From assembly GCF_006345805.1 (NCBI RefSeq), contig NC_043023.1:10478001-10542000 (forward strand): a stretch of 64,000 bases of DNA, read 5' to 3'. Below the pieces are notes generated by a model. It did not search any database and had not been told where the DNA came from. It saw nothing but the letters and a program-made list of their open reading frames with translations. The translations under genes and the position numbers were made by a program. Below, piece after piece: positions 12,109 to 24,290 of this stretch; within the stretch, counting starts at the first letter, position 1; the number at the start of each line of letters is the position of its first letter. Origin of the DNA: Octopus sinensis. Lineage: Eukaryota.

Positions 12109-12203
12109 CCAAGCGGTCACCCATCTAAGTACCCTGCAGGCTGGACATTGCTTCACTTCGGTGATCAGGCGAGACAAGGTGCAATCAGCATTATATGGCT
12201 GTA
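12109..12203 (-). pseudogene. 5S rRNA-derived sequence (pseudogene or SINE3-type head)
   Basis: Minus strand tacagccata...tctcgcctgatcaccgaagtgaagcaatgtccagcc...gtacttagatgggtgaccgcttgg follows the metazoan 5S rRNA pattern (box A- and box C-like parts retained, 3' end missing). Copies at 20494-20587, 29319-29413 and 45856-45950. Confidence 0.8.
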
Positions 12204-13981
12204 ATAACAATATTAACAGTTTCAAAACATTCGCATTTTCTGAAGGTGGTAAAGTAGAGTTTGGTCAGTCGCTCGTACAAGTTATTCTCCTTGATATAAT
12301 TGTTTCTTCAGTTATCTGCTAGGAATAAAGTTTTTATTAAAAGGCCTACTGATTGTGGTTTGGGGGAGTTAGTAACTACCATCGACCTCTTGTACTGACT
12401 GGGTCTTTATTTTATTCATCCCAAAGCAATGAAAGGTAAAATTGACATCGTTGGGATTTCGTTTCGGTAATTAAAGCAAACCAATGTATGTTTTATACAT
12501 TCCCCTTTTTTATAAGTTTTTGTCGGTGATATTTCTGGTGTCAGATATTCTTTGATCTCGTCTGAAATTAATGATTTTTCTGGATGAATTTCTACTTTTG
12601 TATCAAAACTGAAGGGGAAAGGACTATTTCGAAGATAACGAGTGAGATTAAATTGTGAGTGAAGTAATAATTTCTTCTTATTTTATATTAAATTTCGTTT
12701 TCTCTTTGTACAAACCTGTTTTAGTGGGAAATCTTAACAATATTCAAGATTTCTTTACATTTTCCCGATCATAAATGCTATTTGTAAACCTGCTGAAATT
12801 ATGAAGATTAAGTTATTTATAGAAAAATATGTTTTTATGAAATTTGCTATAGATACCATTCAGAATGTGTATATTAGAATTCTATCGGAATTTAATATGA
12901 AAATATAAATTTGGTGGGCTCGTACACATGAAAGTTAAAATTTTTAAAGAAATTCTGGATTTGTCTCAGTATGTATGTGTATTTGTGTGTCTTTGTGTTA
13001 GTGTTTCTTCCCCTCCCATTCCCGCTTAACGAACGGTGTTGGTATATTTACATCCCTGGAACTTTCGGCAGTAGACTGATAGAATGAGTTCTAGGCATAA
13101 AAGAACAAACAAGTTCTCGAGTCGATCCAATCTCACTACAGATTCTTCAAGGAGATTCCCCAGCGTGGTGGCAGTCTAATGACAGAAACAAGTAAAAGAT
13201 AATAATAATAATAATTAATTCGTTTATTGGCCGCAAGGGCTAACAAAAATCAATTATAACAAGCTATTTACCACACAGCCACTCCTGCGCCTATAAAAAG
13301 ATGTAGTAAAACTTTCACTGTTTTAATCTCTCTAATTCCTAATTATCTTGTATGTTTTACACTGTTGTTTCTCTTTCGTTTCAGATTATCAGATGACATC
13401 TGCTTTACAGAATTTTTACATAAGCAACGTCATTAGCATGGAAAGTATTTTGAAGACTGAGCAAAGATGTTATACAAAACACGTATAACCCTGTTTCTAT
13501 AAATATTTACTGAATTACTGCAAAATATATCTTCTGAACTCTGACATATGTAGCAAAATTTCTCTTCTTTATTGTCTGGAGTACACAGAAAATTATATTT
13601 GCATATTAATTAATCGTTTAGCATTAAACCTGGCCGTATCAGTCCCAAACGTTCAAGCTATTTTACGTTAAAACTGCCCACATCTGGCCTCTTCCACTCA
13701 CCCTGCAATGTCATTCTAAACATAAACAATCACATCATTGAAATCTTAAAGCAATAAGATAATGAATGATTAATTCAGAAGAATTTGAATAAATAATCAT
13801 TAGATTTGACAGTGTAATCTGCGTGTTAATGAGTTAAAGTAATTAAGAAGGCAGTTTGCAGCATCTTCAGATATTAACAAAGATCACTTTTGATGGAGAT
13901 ATATTAGTAGAAATATTTGATATGAGCAATATACGAGAAGAAGGAAAACCTTTGTGTACTGTGACGAGAGAAAGGAAAATC

Positions 13982-15409
13982 ATGGAAAAGGAATTTTGTG
14001 AAAGAACTGATTTTTCTGATGATGTAAACAAAGAAAAGGGCAAAATATCATATGATTGTGATATTTGTGGTAAATTCTTCTCTAGGAAAGCTAGCTTACT
14101 CATTCACAAACGCATTCATACAGGAGAGAAGCCATATCATTGTGATATCTGTGGTAAGTCCTTCTCCCAGACTGGTTCTATAATTATTCACAAGCGTAAT
14201 GTTCACACAGGAGAGAAACCATATTGCTGTGAAATCTGTGGTAAATCATTCTCACAAGGTAATGACCTGACTAAGCACAGATGCGTTCATACAGGTGAAA
14301 AGCCATATCACTGTGTTACCTGTGGTAGATCGTTCTTTCGAAATCATGTCTTGGCTAGGCACAGACGCATTCATACAGGAGAGAAGCCATATCATTGTGA
14401 TATCTGTGGTAAGTCCTTCGCTCAGACTAGTTCCGTGACTATCCACAAGCGTAACGTTCACACAGGAGAAAGACCATATCGCTGTGAAATCTGTGGTACA
14501 TCATTCTCTCGAAATAATGGCTTGACTAGGCACAGACTTATTCATACAGGAGAGAAGCCATATCACTGTGATATTTGTGGTAAAACATTCACTCAAAATA
14601 ATGGTTTGACTAGGCACAGACGCATTCATACAGGAGAGAAGCCATATCACTGTGATATCTGTGGAAAATCATTCTCTGAAACTAGTCCCTTAAGTATTCA
14701 CAAGTGTGTTGTTCACACAGGAGAAGAACTATATAACTGTGAATTCTGTGGTAAATCATTCTCTCAAAATAATGACTTGGTTAATCACAAACGCATTCAT
14801 ACAGGAGTGAAACCATATCACTGTTATATTTGTGGTAAATCATTCTGTGAAGATATAAACTTAACTAATCACATACGTATTCACACAGGTGAGAAGCCAT
14901 ATCAGTGCGATATCTGTGGTAAATCATTCTCTCACGGACCCAATTTAGCTGTTCACAAACATGTTCATTCAAGTGTGAAGCCATATCACTGTGAAATCTG
15001 TGGTAAATCCTTCTCTCGAAACGATTACTTAACTTGCCATAAGCGTGTTCATACAGGAGATAAGCCATATCACTGTGATATCTGTGGTAAATCCTTCTCT
15101 CAAGATAATCACTTAACTAAGCACAAACGCATTCATACAGGTGAGAAGCCATATCACTGTGAAATCTGTGGTAAATCATTCTCTCAAAATGAACAGTTAC
15201 CTAAGCATATGCGTGTTCATACAGGAGAAAAGCCATATCACTGTGAAATCTGTGGTAAATCATTCTCTCAAAATGAACAGTTACCTAAGCATATGCGTGT
15301 TCATACAGGAGAAAAGCCATATCACTGTGAAATCTGTGGTAAATCTTTCTCTCGAATTTATAACTTAACTCGTCACAAACGTACTCACACAGGTGAAATG
15401 GCATATTGA
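13982..15409 (+). CDS. C2H2 zinc-finger protein, locus D (16 fingers, most divergent paralogue)
   Basis: ATG 13982 (alternative in-frame ATG 13922); shorter acidic leader; diverse helices; two consecutive identical [12 protein letters not shown] fingers; stop supplied by the downstream insertion. Confidence 0.9.
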   Translation: MEKEFCERTDFSDDVNKEKGKISYDCDICGKFFSRKASLLIHKRIHTGEKPYHCDICGKSFSQTGSIIIHKRNVHTGEKPYCCEICGKSFSQGNDLTKHRCVHTGEKPYHCVTCGRSFFRNHVLARHRRIHTGEKPYHCDICGKSFAQTSSVTIHKRNVHTGERPYRCEICGTSFSRNNGLTRHRLIHTGEKPYHCDICGKTFTQNNGLTRHRRIHTGEKPYHCDICGKSFSETSPLSIHKCVVHTGEELYNCEFCGKSFSQNNDLVNHKRIHTGVKPYHCYICGKSFCEDINLTNHIRIHTGEKPYQCDICGKSFSHGPNLAVHKHVHSSVKPYHCEICGKSFSRNDYLTCHKRVHTGDKPYHCDICGKSFSQDNHLTKHKRIHTGEKPYHCEICGKSFSQNEQLPKHMRVHTGEKPYHCEICGKSFSQNEQLPKHMRVHTGEKPYHCEICGKSFSRIYNLTRHKRTHTGEMAY

Positions 15410-15922
15410 TTATATCACAAATTCTGAATGTAAACTTTGAATTACCAAAAATCCACGAGATCCAGATAATTAACAAAGCCTGCAAACAATCACCTGACAT
15501 ATACATTAATGTCCAAGTACCCCATGATTGAAAACTTCTAGCTGGACCAGCAAGTGAAACCCACCCCTTAAGCAATTTTATCAACATCCTACTGAAACCC
15601 CTTTTAAAATGTAAATGCTTCATTACAGATTACCTTGATATGCTAAACCACCTACCAGAAACAATCGATGAAGGGGCAGTCATGGCTTCCTTCAATGTTA
15701 TAAACCTGGACACTAATATCCCATATAAATATGGAATACAAGCAATTAAATTCTGGCTGGAAAACTGTCCAGAAGAACTTCCAGAGTGTGTGAATCAGGA
15801 GTTTGTTATGGAAGCTTTAAAATTTATCCTTCAGAGCAGTTAGTTTTTATTTGGTACCACTTCCTACTGACAAAGATGTGGAATTGTGATGGGAATAAAA
15901 CCAGCCCCAGTTCTTGTGAAGC
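15405..15922 (+). mobile_element. Penelope-like element reverse-transcriptase fragment (degenerate)
   Basis: Conceptual translation [10 protein letters not shown]...LPKIH...AGPASETHPLSNFINILLKPLL...LNHLPETID...SFNVINLDTNIP...AIKFWLE...LKFILQ...GIVMGIKPAP matches PLE RT motifs; contains stops and indels. Confidence 0.8.
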
Positions 15923-15928
15923 TTTTAA

Positions 15929-16148
15929 CCCTTTTGTTACCAACCTGGCTTAAACCACCTCTGGTTCTGAGTACAAATGCCTTGTTTTCATAAGTTTTGA
16001 ATTAAAATCTTCCACCAAACATTAGTCACAATTTATGTTCCTAACACTAGCTGAATGATAACTAAGTTATTTTACTAAATTCTTTGTTATATTTAAAGTT
16101 ATTGAAAGAAACACAGAGCATCTCAACAGAAATATGGTAACAAAAAGG
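15929..16148. mobile_element. piggyBac-type MITE (copy 1)
   Basis: TTAA|CCCTTTTGTTACC ... GGTAACAAAAAGG|TTAA. Confidence 0.75.
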
Positions 16149-16197
16149 TTAAAATATATAATAGAGAAACAATTCTTAGTCACCATGATATTTTTAA

Positions 16198-16421
16198 CCC
16201 TTTTGTTACCAACCTGGCTGAAACCAGCTCTGGCTCTGTAGTAACAAATGTCCTGTTTCCAAAAGTTTTGAATAAAATCTTCCACCAAACCTTAGTCACA
16301 ATTTATGTTCGTTCCTAACACTAGTTGAATGATAACTAAGTTATTTTAGTAAATTCTTTGTTATATCTAAAGTTATTGAAAGAAACACAGAGCATCTCAA
16401 CATAAATACAGTAATGAAAGG
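16198..16421. mobile_element. piggyBac-type MITE (copy 2)
   Basis: TTAA|CCCTTTTGTTACC ... gtaatgaaagg|TTAA; internal sequence nearly identical to copy 1. Confidence 0.7.
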
Positions 16422-16749
16422 TTAATTTGATAATTCAGAAGTGCAAAAGTTTCTACTACCATTAACAAATGCTTCTCCATGTTACTGAGAAATTTATAGA
16501 GGACAAAAATAAAAGCTTCTTCTAAGCAAACAACTTAAAAGTCCATCTATGAGTGCTTGTGAATTGGTTATTGCTTCTACAAATGATGTTGTGAGTCTAG
16601 CATGAATGAAAGTGATTCAGAAAACAATTATAATAATAATATTTTGTCTATTCTAAATGATCTTGACATTGTTTTTGACTTTACATAAAATATTCTTTAC
16701 CTTCTACTGTTGTTTTATAGTCATTTATTTACAAGTATTATAAATTTTA

Positions 16750-17122
16750 TACTCTTTACTCTTTGACTTGTTTTAGTCATTTGACTGTGGCCATGCTAGA
16801 GCACTGCCTTTAGTCGACCCTAGGACTTATTGTATCAGTCTCCTTTGCCGAACTGCTAGGTTACAGGGACGTAAACACACCAGCATCGGTTGTCAAGCAA
16901 TGTTGGGTGGACAAACACAGACACACAAACATACACACACATACATATACATATATACGACGGGCTTCTTTCAGTTTCCGTCTACCAAATCCACTCACAA
17001 GGCTTTGGTCGACCTGGGGCTATAGTAGAAGACACTTGCCCAAGGTGCCACGCAGTGGGACTGAACCTGGAACCATGTCGTTGATAAACAAGCTACTTAC
17101 CACACAGCCACTCCTATGCCTA
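16750..17122 (-). mobile_element. tRNA-derived SINE in the 3' block of locus D
   Basis: Reverse complement of the 6573/24291 family; interrupts aaattttat|..ggtaaaatatttttc, which is contiguous in the other paralogues. Confidence 0.8.
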
Positions 17123-17829
17123 TAGGTAAAATATTTTTCTAGGAATGAATTACAATTTATAACATTGCTTCTATGGGAAATGATTGCTTTGCTTTATGAG
17201 TTTTCACTTCAGGAGCAGTCTCCAGGGAGAAATTAGCTCAAATATCAAGGCATTATTGTATCTGCCATACATGGCTCAGTGGTTAGAGCGTTAAGCCCAC
17301 AATCGTGAGTTCAGTTTCTGAACCTCACTGGTTCAGCATGGCTTAGCAGATGGGTGCAGGTTTATAATTTTACCGAAGAGTAGGTTAGTCGATTCCATTG
17401 AACGCCATTGTTCAACTGGTATTTATTTTGTTGGCACCCAAAAGGATGAAAGGCAATCTCAACCTTGGCAGAATATGATCTCAGAATATAAAAACAGATG
17501 AAGTTCCACTATTTGATGTGATATCTGATCTCTGTGAATTTTCCAAGATTTTTTCTTCCCCCGCTTCATTTTTTTCTACCTCATTGTTTTGAAAATCTTT
17601 AATTCTGATGCGAGATGAATATCTGTTTTAAGTTGTTGAGTAGTGAATCAGAATTTGTTGCTCGAAGACATAGAAAAAGAATCACTACATTCAGCAAAAG
17701 CAAAATCAACATAGTGTTTGTGCCAAGGAATTGCATATTTCTGTTTGTGAAAGTGAAAGTGATTCACACAATAACTCTAATGGTGACAAGATAATTTTTT
17801 ATCCAACTGGAACAAAAGCTTGTATACTG

Positions 17830-18500
17830 TTTTTGTGAAGAGACTGGACCCAGTCAGAGTCTTTTCCAGAATATAAGCAATTCTATAGAAATAACTGTTA
17901 TTGGCCTCCCACATGCTCAGATGAAATCCAAGCATTTTCTGCTATAAATATATTAATGAGAATAAGCAAGTTACCCAGAATAGCAAACGATTGGAGCAGC
18001 AAAGAAGCTTTTGGAGACCTGCATGTTTCCAGTATCAAGATAGAGACAGGATTTTAAAAACTGTCACAATACCTACACTGAAGACACTAGTAGTGGGCCA
18101 GTGGGTGGAGAACCAAACTGGTCCCTTATTTAAAATAAGACCTTCATCATAATGCTTATAAATGAGTCTCTAACCAAAAGATACTTTTATCTAGTTTCAC
18201 TTTCATTTTCAAAGAGTACTCATTTGTTTTTGTTTATATGTTAATATAATAGTTTTAGCCATTATTTTCTATACTTTTTATGTGTTCTTAAGCAATACTA
18301 TTACCAAAAACCATATTCTGATATTCCCTCATAAATGCCTATCCATCTATGAGGGTAGGGTGAGGTACAAAGGCAGAGTATGTTTCCCACAGTACATGCT
18401 TGGCAAAATAGCAAATGGGGGATCAAAGTTTGCAAGATCTGTGAAGTCAATGCTGTATACTGCTGTGGGTTCAATTTCTAAAGAGGGAAAAGGGGACACT
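17830..18500 (+). mobile_element. Degenerate piggyBac (PGBD4-like) transposase remnant
   Basis: WPPTCSDEIQAFSAINILMRISKLPRIANDWSSKEAFGD...RDR...QYLH (17902-18080) and PHKCLSIYEGRVRYKGRVCFPQYM...(K)WGIKV (18327-18490) resemble piggyBac DDD-domain motifs (LSIDE...FKGR...QY...KWGIK); frameshifted. Confidence 0.7.
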
Positions 18501-19323
18501 ACTGTAAGCGAAATAGCCCTTAAAACATGCACCAATTTTGTTTCTTTACTTGTATAATCATAATACAATTTGCAAATGAAAAAACACAAATTCGCAAAAC
18601 TTTTCCAGGCAATCCTGAAAATAAAGAAGACATAAGGGGTTAAAAACTACTTGAAAATGTCTTCCAATGGTTGTATGAGGAAACATCTTAACCATCTGGT
18701 GGTGCAGTTCTGTATTTTTCATGGTTTAGCTATTTTTAGTACATTTTATTACTTTAAATGTGTTTTAAAGCAATAATATTACCAAAAACTGTAATCTGAT
18801 ATAATGTATTTATTTAACATGTAAGCAAAAAACAAATGAATGCTCTTTGAAAATGAAAGTGAAACTAGATAAAAGTATCTTATGGTGAGGAGAGTGGTCC
18901 TTTCATATTCACTGTTTACTCATTGTTTGCACTCTCATCCTCATCACTCTGAGCAAAGAAGTCGATGCAGATGTGCATAGCATGTTGCAAGCAGATTGGC
19001 TTGGAGAACTTTTGGAAGCAAACAGAAGTGGGATTTAACATACTCCATAGCATATTTGCATAGTTCCGACACTATGTATGCACATAGATTAATTTCCCCT
19101 TTTAATTAGAATTTCAAACAGACGTTTATTGTCCTCTTGGCGAACAGAATTTTATTGTCATATATTTGAGAAAAATTGCGTTAACTGTATTTATTTCTCT
19201 GTAATAAATGTTATATTTTTTAAAAAGGAAGACTACATCTCTTTGCCCTTTTCTTATGCCTGTTGGGGCCATGCTATGCATACCAACCTCATGCATTACT
19301 AACATTTTCTCACACTAAACTAT

Positions 19324-20247
19324 GACTTGCCTGACGACCTCATGCAACACACACTTCTATTTGCCAATGATGTCAAACTGGTCGCTCCTCGCGGTGATAT
19401 AGATGATCTTCGTCAATGCCTCCACCAAGTTTGGAGATGGTCTAACGAATGGGACCTGTGTCTGAACGTGTCAAAGTGCTGTCATCTGCCTGTTGGCTCT
19501 TCTCCTGCAACTCAACTTGATTTCGAGCCGGGTTGTCTGCTGCTGGAGAGGACCGACCAGGTAAAGGACCTGGGTATCTTGGTGGATTCTTCCTTTTCGC
19601 CTTCAGCCCAGTGCGTCCATGCTGCCAACAAAGCACGCAGAGTTCTGTTTTTGATTCGATGGTTATTCGGAATGCTCACAGCAGCCATATTCCTACCGCT
19701 CTATGTCACGCTGGTGAAACCCATATTGGAGTGCGGGATTCAAGCCTCTTCTCCTTATCTCCTGAAAGACATACATCATTTCAAAAGAGTCCAGAAGCTG
19801 GCTACCCACATGGTTCTTGGTCTCAAGCATTTGTCTTATGAAGAAAGGCTGAAGACGCTCGACCTTTATTCTCTAGAAAAACGCCGCCGCGGTGCTGATC
19901 TCATTCTCGCTCACAACATCATAAGCGGAAAGTGTAACCTCTCAAAAGAGCTGTTCTTCACTCCTGCACCAGAGCGTCGGCTGCGGGGTCACTCCGACAA
20001 ACTCTATCTGCAACGATTTCATCTCAATCGAAGGAGAGGGGCTTTCTCTGTCAGGGTTGCGGATCCGTGGAATAAGCTGCCGGACGAGATAATGAAGATG
20101 GCGACGACCGCTCGGTTCAAAGTCTCTCTTGACCAGAAATGGCCTGAATTCTTTGCATGAACACCCTCCCTGTACATAACACCATGTCCCCCTACATGGC
20201 CTTGCTTTTTGCTTTTTGAGCCAAAAAATTAACTTAACCTAACTTAC
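19324..20247 (+). mobile_element. 5'-truncated CR1-clade LINE (RT C-terminus + 3' UTR)
   Basis: ORF 19327-20160 with LFANDVKL (FADD decayed), W..W.L.LN..KC, KDLGI, FSVRVADPWNKLP; tail taacttaacctaactta; possible CTAT duplication; empty site readable at ~11635. Confidence 0.88.
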
Positions 20248-20289
20248 CTATCTCTCTTACTAAAAATCTCTTCTAAAGGCACAACGCCT

Positions 20290-20457
20290 GAAATGTGGGG
20301 AGTTGGCTAGTCGATTACATCGAGTCCAGTGTTTAACTGGTAACCATTTTATCAACCCCGAAAGTATAAAAAGCAAAGTCGATCTTGACAGAATTTGAAC
20401 TCAGAACGTCGCGAAACATTTTGTCCAGCACGCTAACGATTCTGCCAGTTCGCTGCC
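20290..20457 (-). mobile_element. tRNA-derived SINE, uninterrupted counterpart of the promoter-containing SINE
   Basis: Same upstream flank (cttactaaaaat) and same downstream 5S-derived neighbour as 11685-12070, but reads tttgaactcaGAACgtc with no 246-bp insert. Confidence 0.7.
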
Positions 20458-20587
20458 TTAGAAATGTGAGTGAGATACTTTCATCATGTACGCTTCCCAA
20501 GTGGTCATCCATCTAAGTACTCGGTAGGCTCGACATTGCTTAACTTCGATGATCGCACGAAAACCGGTGCATTCTACTTGATATGGC

Positions 20588-21050
20588 TTTAATGGCCGTT
20601 GCCAGCACCGCCCCGACTGGCCTCCATGCTGGTGGCACGTAAAAAGCACCATCGAATTGTGGCCGTTTGCCAGCCTCGCCTGGCACCCGTGCCGGTGCAA
20701 CGTAAAAGGCACCATCCGATTGTGGCCGTTTGCCAGCCTCGCCTGGCACGTAAAAAGCACCATCCGATTGTGGCCGTTGCCAGCCTCGTCTGGCCTCCAT
20801 GCCGGTGGCACATAAAAAGCACCATCTGATCATGGCCGTTTGCGCGCCTCGTCTGGCACCTGTGCCGGTGGCACGTAAAAGCATCCACTACACTCACGGA
20901 ATGGTTGGCGTTAGGAAGGGCATCCAGCTGTAGAGACACTGCCAGATCAGACTGGAGCCTGGTGCAGCCTTCTGGCTTCCCAGACCCCAGTTGAATCGTC
21001 TAACCCATGCTAGCATGGAAAACGGACGTTAAACGATGATGATGATGATG
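20588..21050 (+). mobile_element. RTE-LINE 3'-tail-derived element with internal tandem repeats and (GAT)n tail
   Basis: ggcacgtaaaaagcaccatc... repeats, then ggttggcgttaggaagggcatccagc...ggacgttaaacgatgatgatg, matching the 3' end of the RTE element at 57550-57723. Confidence 0.75.
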
Positions 21051-21830
21051 AATCATAACAGTTTTAAAACATTTTTCGTATTTTCTAAAGGTGGTATATT
21101 AGTTCGTGTCAGTTATTCACCTTGATATAATTGTTTCTTCAGTTATCCGCTAGGGGCAAAATCGATCGACCTAATATTGGGGTTGTAGAGTGATTAGTGT
21201 CTGTCATCGATTTCTGTTTTTGATAGATCTTTATTTTATTGATTCTGAAGCATCTGAAGCAATGACAGGTAAAATTTGACATCGGCAGGAGTTGACCTCA
21301 GAAGATAAAAGAAACATAAGTAACACTGCATTACCTAATTTCGTTTCGGGATTTAATGAAAACCATTACGTATTTTATAAATTCCCCGTTTACACAATTT
21401 TTGTCATGGTTCATTTTAGGGTCAGATATTCTTTGACCTCGTCCGAAATTAATGATTTTTCTCGATGAATTTCTACTTTCGTATCAAAACTGCTGGGGGG
21501 AAAGACTATCGGAGGATAAGGAGTGATATTAAATGGTGAGTAAAGTAATAATTTCATTTTGTTTTTATATTAAATTTCGTTTTCTCTTTGTACAAACCTG
21601 TTTTAGTGGTAAATCTTAACAATATTCAAGATTTCTTTACATTTTCCCGATCATAAATGCTATTTGTAAACCTGCTGAAATTATGAAGATTAAGTTACTT
21701 ACAGAAAAATGTATATGTATTAATGAGATTTGCTACAAATACCATTCAGAATGTGTATATTAGAATTCTATCGGAATTTAATGTGAAAATATAAATTTGT
21801 TGGGTTCGTCCTCATTCATTACTGACACAT

Positions 21831-22135
21831 AGTTAAGTTAAGTTGATTTTTTGGCTCAAAAAGCAAAAAGCAAGGCCATGTAGGGGACATGGAGTTATGT
21901 ACAGGGAGGGTGTTCATGCAAAGAGTTCAGGCCATTTGAGGTCAAGGGAGACTTTGAACCGAGCGGTCGTCGGCATCTTCACTATCCACGGATCCGCAAC
22001 CCGGACGGAGAAAGCCCCTCCCCTTCGATTGAGATAAAATCGTCGCAGGTAGAGCTTTTCGGAGTGACCCCACAGCCTACGCTCTGGAGCAGCCTTTCTT
22101 CATAAGACAAATGCTTGAGACCAAGAACCACATGT
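21831..22135 (-). mobile_element. Inverted, internally deleted 3' fragment of the same CR1 LINE
   Basis: Reverse complement of parts of 19808-20240, including the tail. Confidence 0.85.
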
Positions 22136-22679
22136 ATCGACAAAATAAAAGTTGGAATTTTTTAAAGCGAATTCTTAGTCTGTGTCAGAATGTATATTCG
22201 TGTGTGCAGTTTGGTCTCAGTGTTTCCACCTCTTCTATTTCCACTTAACAAATGGAGATGGTTAATTTACATTCCCGTAACTTAGCATTTTGGCAATAAA
22301 CGGAGATTGAATGAGTTTCAGACAGAAAGGGAAAAATGAATAGATGACGGCGAATGTAAAGAAGACGGATCGCACCGCCTTTCGGTTATTATTTTCCTTT
22401 TTTGTTTGGGTATTTTCTACCCACATTTTCGACTGCGGAGATACCGAATCTACGAGAAAACAAATCGGCATTTCAGAATTTTAATTCCTCCCCCACCCCC
22501 ACCTCTTTTTCACTTCTTTTGGATTTTTTTTTTTTTTTTTTTTGCGAAATACGTTGTAAAACACAGAAATTGTGATTCTGAAAAAAAAAATTGGTAAAAT
22601 TTCAATTTTACAAAGAAAAATAAAACAAATTAAGAACCCTTCCCTCCTACTAAAATAGTAAACGTATCTAAAGAGAAAA

Positions 22680-23499
22680 CTCGACATGCTAGAAACAGCA
22701 GCTAAACAACGAATCACTAATTCAAATTTTTATTCCCCCCACCACCCCTTCTCGACATGCTAGAAACAGCAGCTAAACAACGAATCACTAATTCAAATTT
22801 TTATTCGCCCCACCCCCTCTTCTCGACATGCTAGAAACAGCAGCTAAACAACGAATCACTAATTCAAATTTTTATTTCCCCCACCACCCCTTCTCGACAT
22901 GCTAGAAACAGCAGCTAAACAACGAATCACTAATTCAAATTTTTATTTCCCCCACCACCCCTTCTCGACATGCTAGAAACAGCAGCTAAACAACGAATCA
23001 CTAATTCAAATTCTTATTTCCCCCACCACCCCTTCTCGACATGCTAGAAACAGCAGCTAAACAACGAATCACTAATTCAAATTTTTATTCCCCCCACCCC
23101 CTTCTCGACATGCTAGAAACAGCAGCTAAACAACGAATCACTAATTCAAATCTTTATTCCCCCCACCCCGCTTCTCGACATGCTAGAAACAGCAGCTAAA
23201 CAACGAATCACTAATTCAAATTTTTATTCCCCCCACCCCCCTTCTCGACATGCTAGAAACAGCAGCTAAACAACGAATCACTAATTCAAATCTTTATTCC
23301 CCCCACCACCCCTTCTCGACTTGCTAGAAACAGCAGCTAAACAACGAATCACCAATTCAAATTTTTATTCCCCCCACCCCCTCTTCTCGACATGCTAGAA
23401 ACAGCAGCTAAACAACGAATCACTAATTCAAATTTTTATTCCCCCCACCCTCTTCTCGACATGCTAGAAATAGCAGCTAAACAACGAATCACTAATTCA
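22680..23499. repeat. Minisatellite, ~70-bp unit x12
   Basis: tcgacatgctagaaacagcagctaaacaacgaatcactaattcaaatttttattcccccaccacccctt starts at 22681, 22752, 22823, 22894, 22965, 23036, 23105, 23175, 23245, 23316, 23387 and 23456. Confidence 0.95.
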
Positions 23500-23971
23500 G
23501 ATTCCATCCCACTCTTTTTTTCATTGCTAGAGAGGTGGGGAGAAATCTGGTGCAGTCTTCTGACTGGCCACCCCCTGCCAAAGCATCCAGCCAATACTGG
23601 CATTGAAGACAGACATTAAATTATGAGGATCAAAAAACAAGGCTCCTAGCATTTTGCCGTGCTTGAAAAGACACATCAAGCTAAGTAAAAGTATGGTTGG
23701 CCTTGCATACAAGCTTATCTCTTTTATTGAAATCTTAAAGCAATAAGACAATGAATGATTAATTCAGAAGAAATTTCAATAAATAATCATTACATTTGAC
23801 AGAGTAATCTCAATGTTAATGAGTTAAAGCAATTAAGAAGGCAGTTTGCAGCATCTTCAGATATTAACAAAGAACACTTTTGATGGAGATATATCAGTAG
23901 AACTATTTGTTCAGAGCAATATACGAGAAGAAGGAAAACATTTGTGTACTGTGACGAGAGAAAGGGAAATT

Positions 23972-24082
23972 ATGGAAAATGAATTATATAGGAGTGAAGA
24001 TCAATACAAAAAACAATCTGAAAAAATTGATTTTTCTAATGAGGAAAAGAATGAAAAGGGCAAAACAGCATTTTTTCCCTAA
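23972..24082 (+). pseudogene. Finger-less ZF gene stub, locus E1
   Basis: Acidic leader [34 protein letters not shown], broken off before the first Cys by repeat-derived sequence. Confidence 0.8.
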
Positions 24083-24290
24083 CCTTTTAGGCTCGTGGCT
24101 GCTAGTGCCATGTGGAAATCTCCAATATAAACTCTGTAAGGTGGTCGTGTTACGAAGGGCATCCAACCACAAAAACCAAGCTAAAATAGAGATGGAGCCT
24201 GAACAGCCCTTCAGTTGGTTACCCCCTTTCAAACCATCCAAGCCATGCCAGTATGTAAAATGGACTTTAAATGATGATGAAGTAATAATT

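Noticed and set aside
12109-12203. Functional 5S rRNA genes
   Set aside because: 3' ~20 nt missing, many substitutions, no oligo-T terminator at the expected position.
13856-13981. ORF-track starts MQHLQILTK... (13856, 23846, 25672, 31212, 42509, 50213)
   Set aside because: These begin at TTG, not ATG; the frame is broken by stops in B and C; the first good-context ATG is 126 nt downstream.
19327-20160. 277-aa ORF as a host gene or active LINE
   Set aside because: TTG start, 5'-truncated RT with the catalytic Asp lost (FAND).
22680-23499. CRISPR-like appearance of the minisatellite and of the ZF arrays (constant backbone + variable helix)
   Set aside because: Eukaryotic context, no unique spacers, no cas genes; the ZF repeats are coding.
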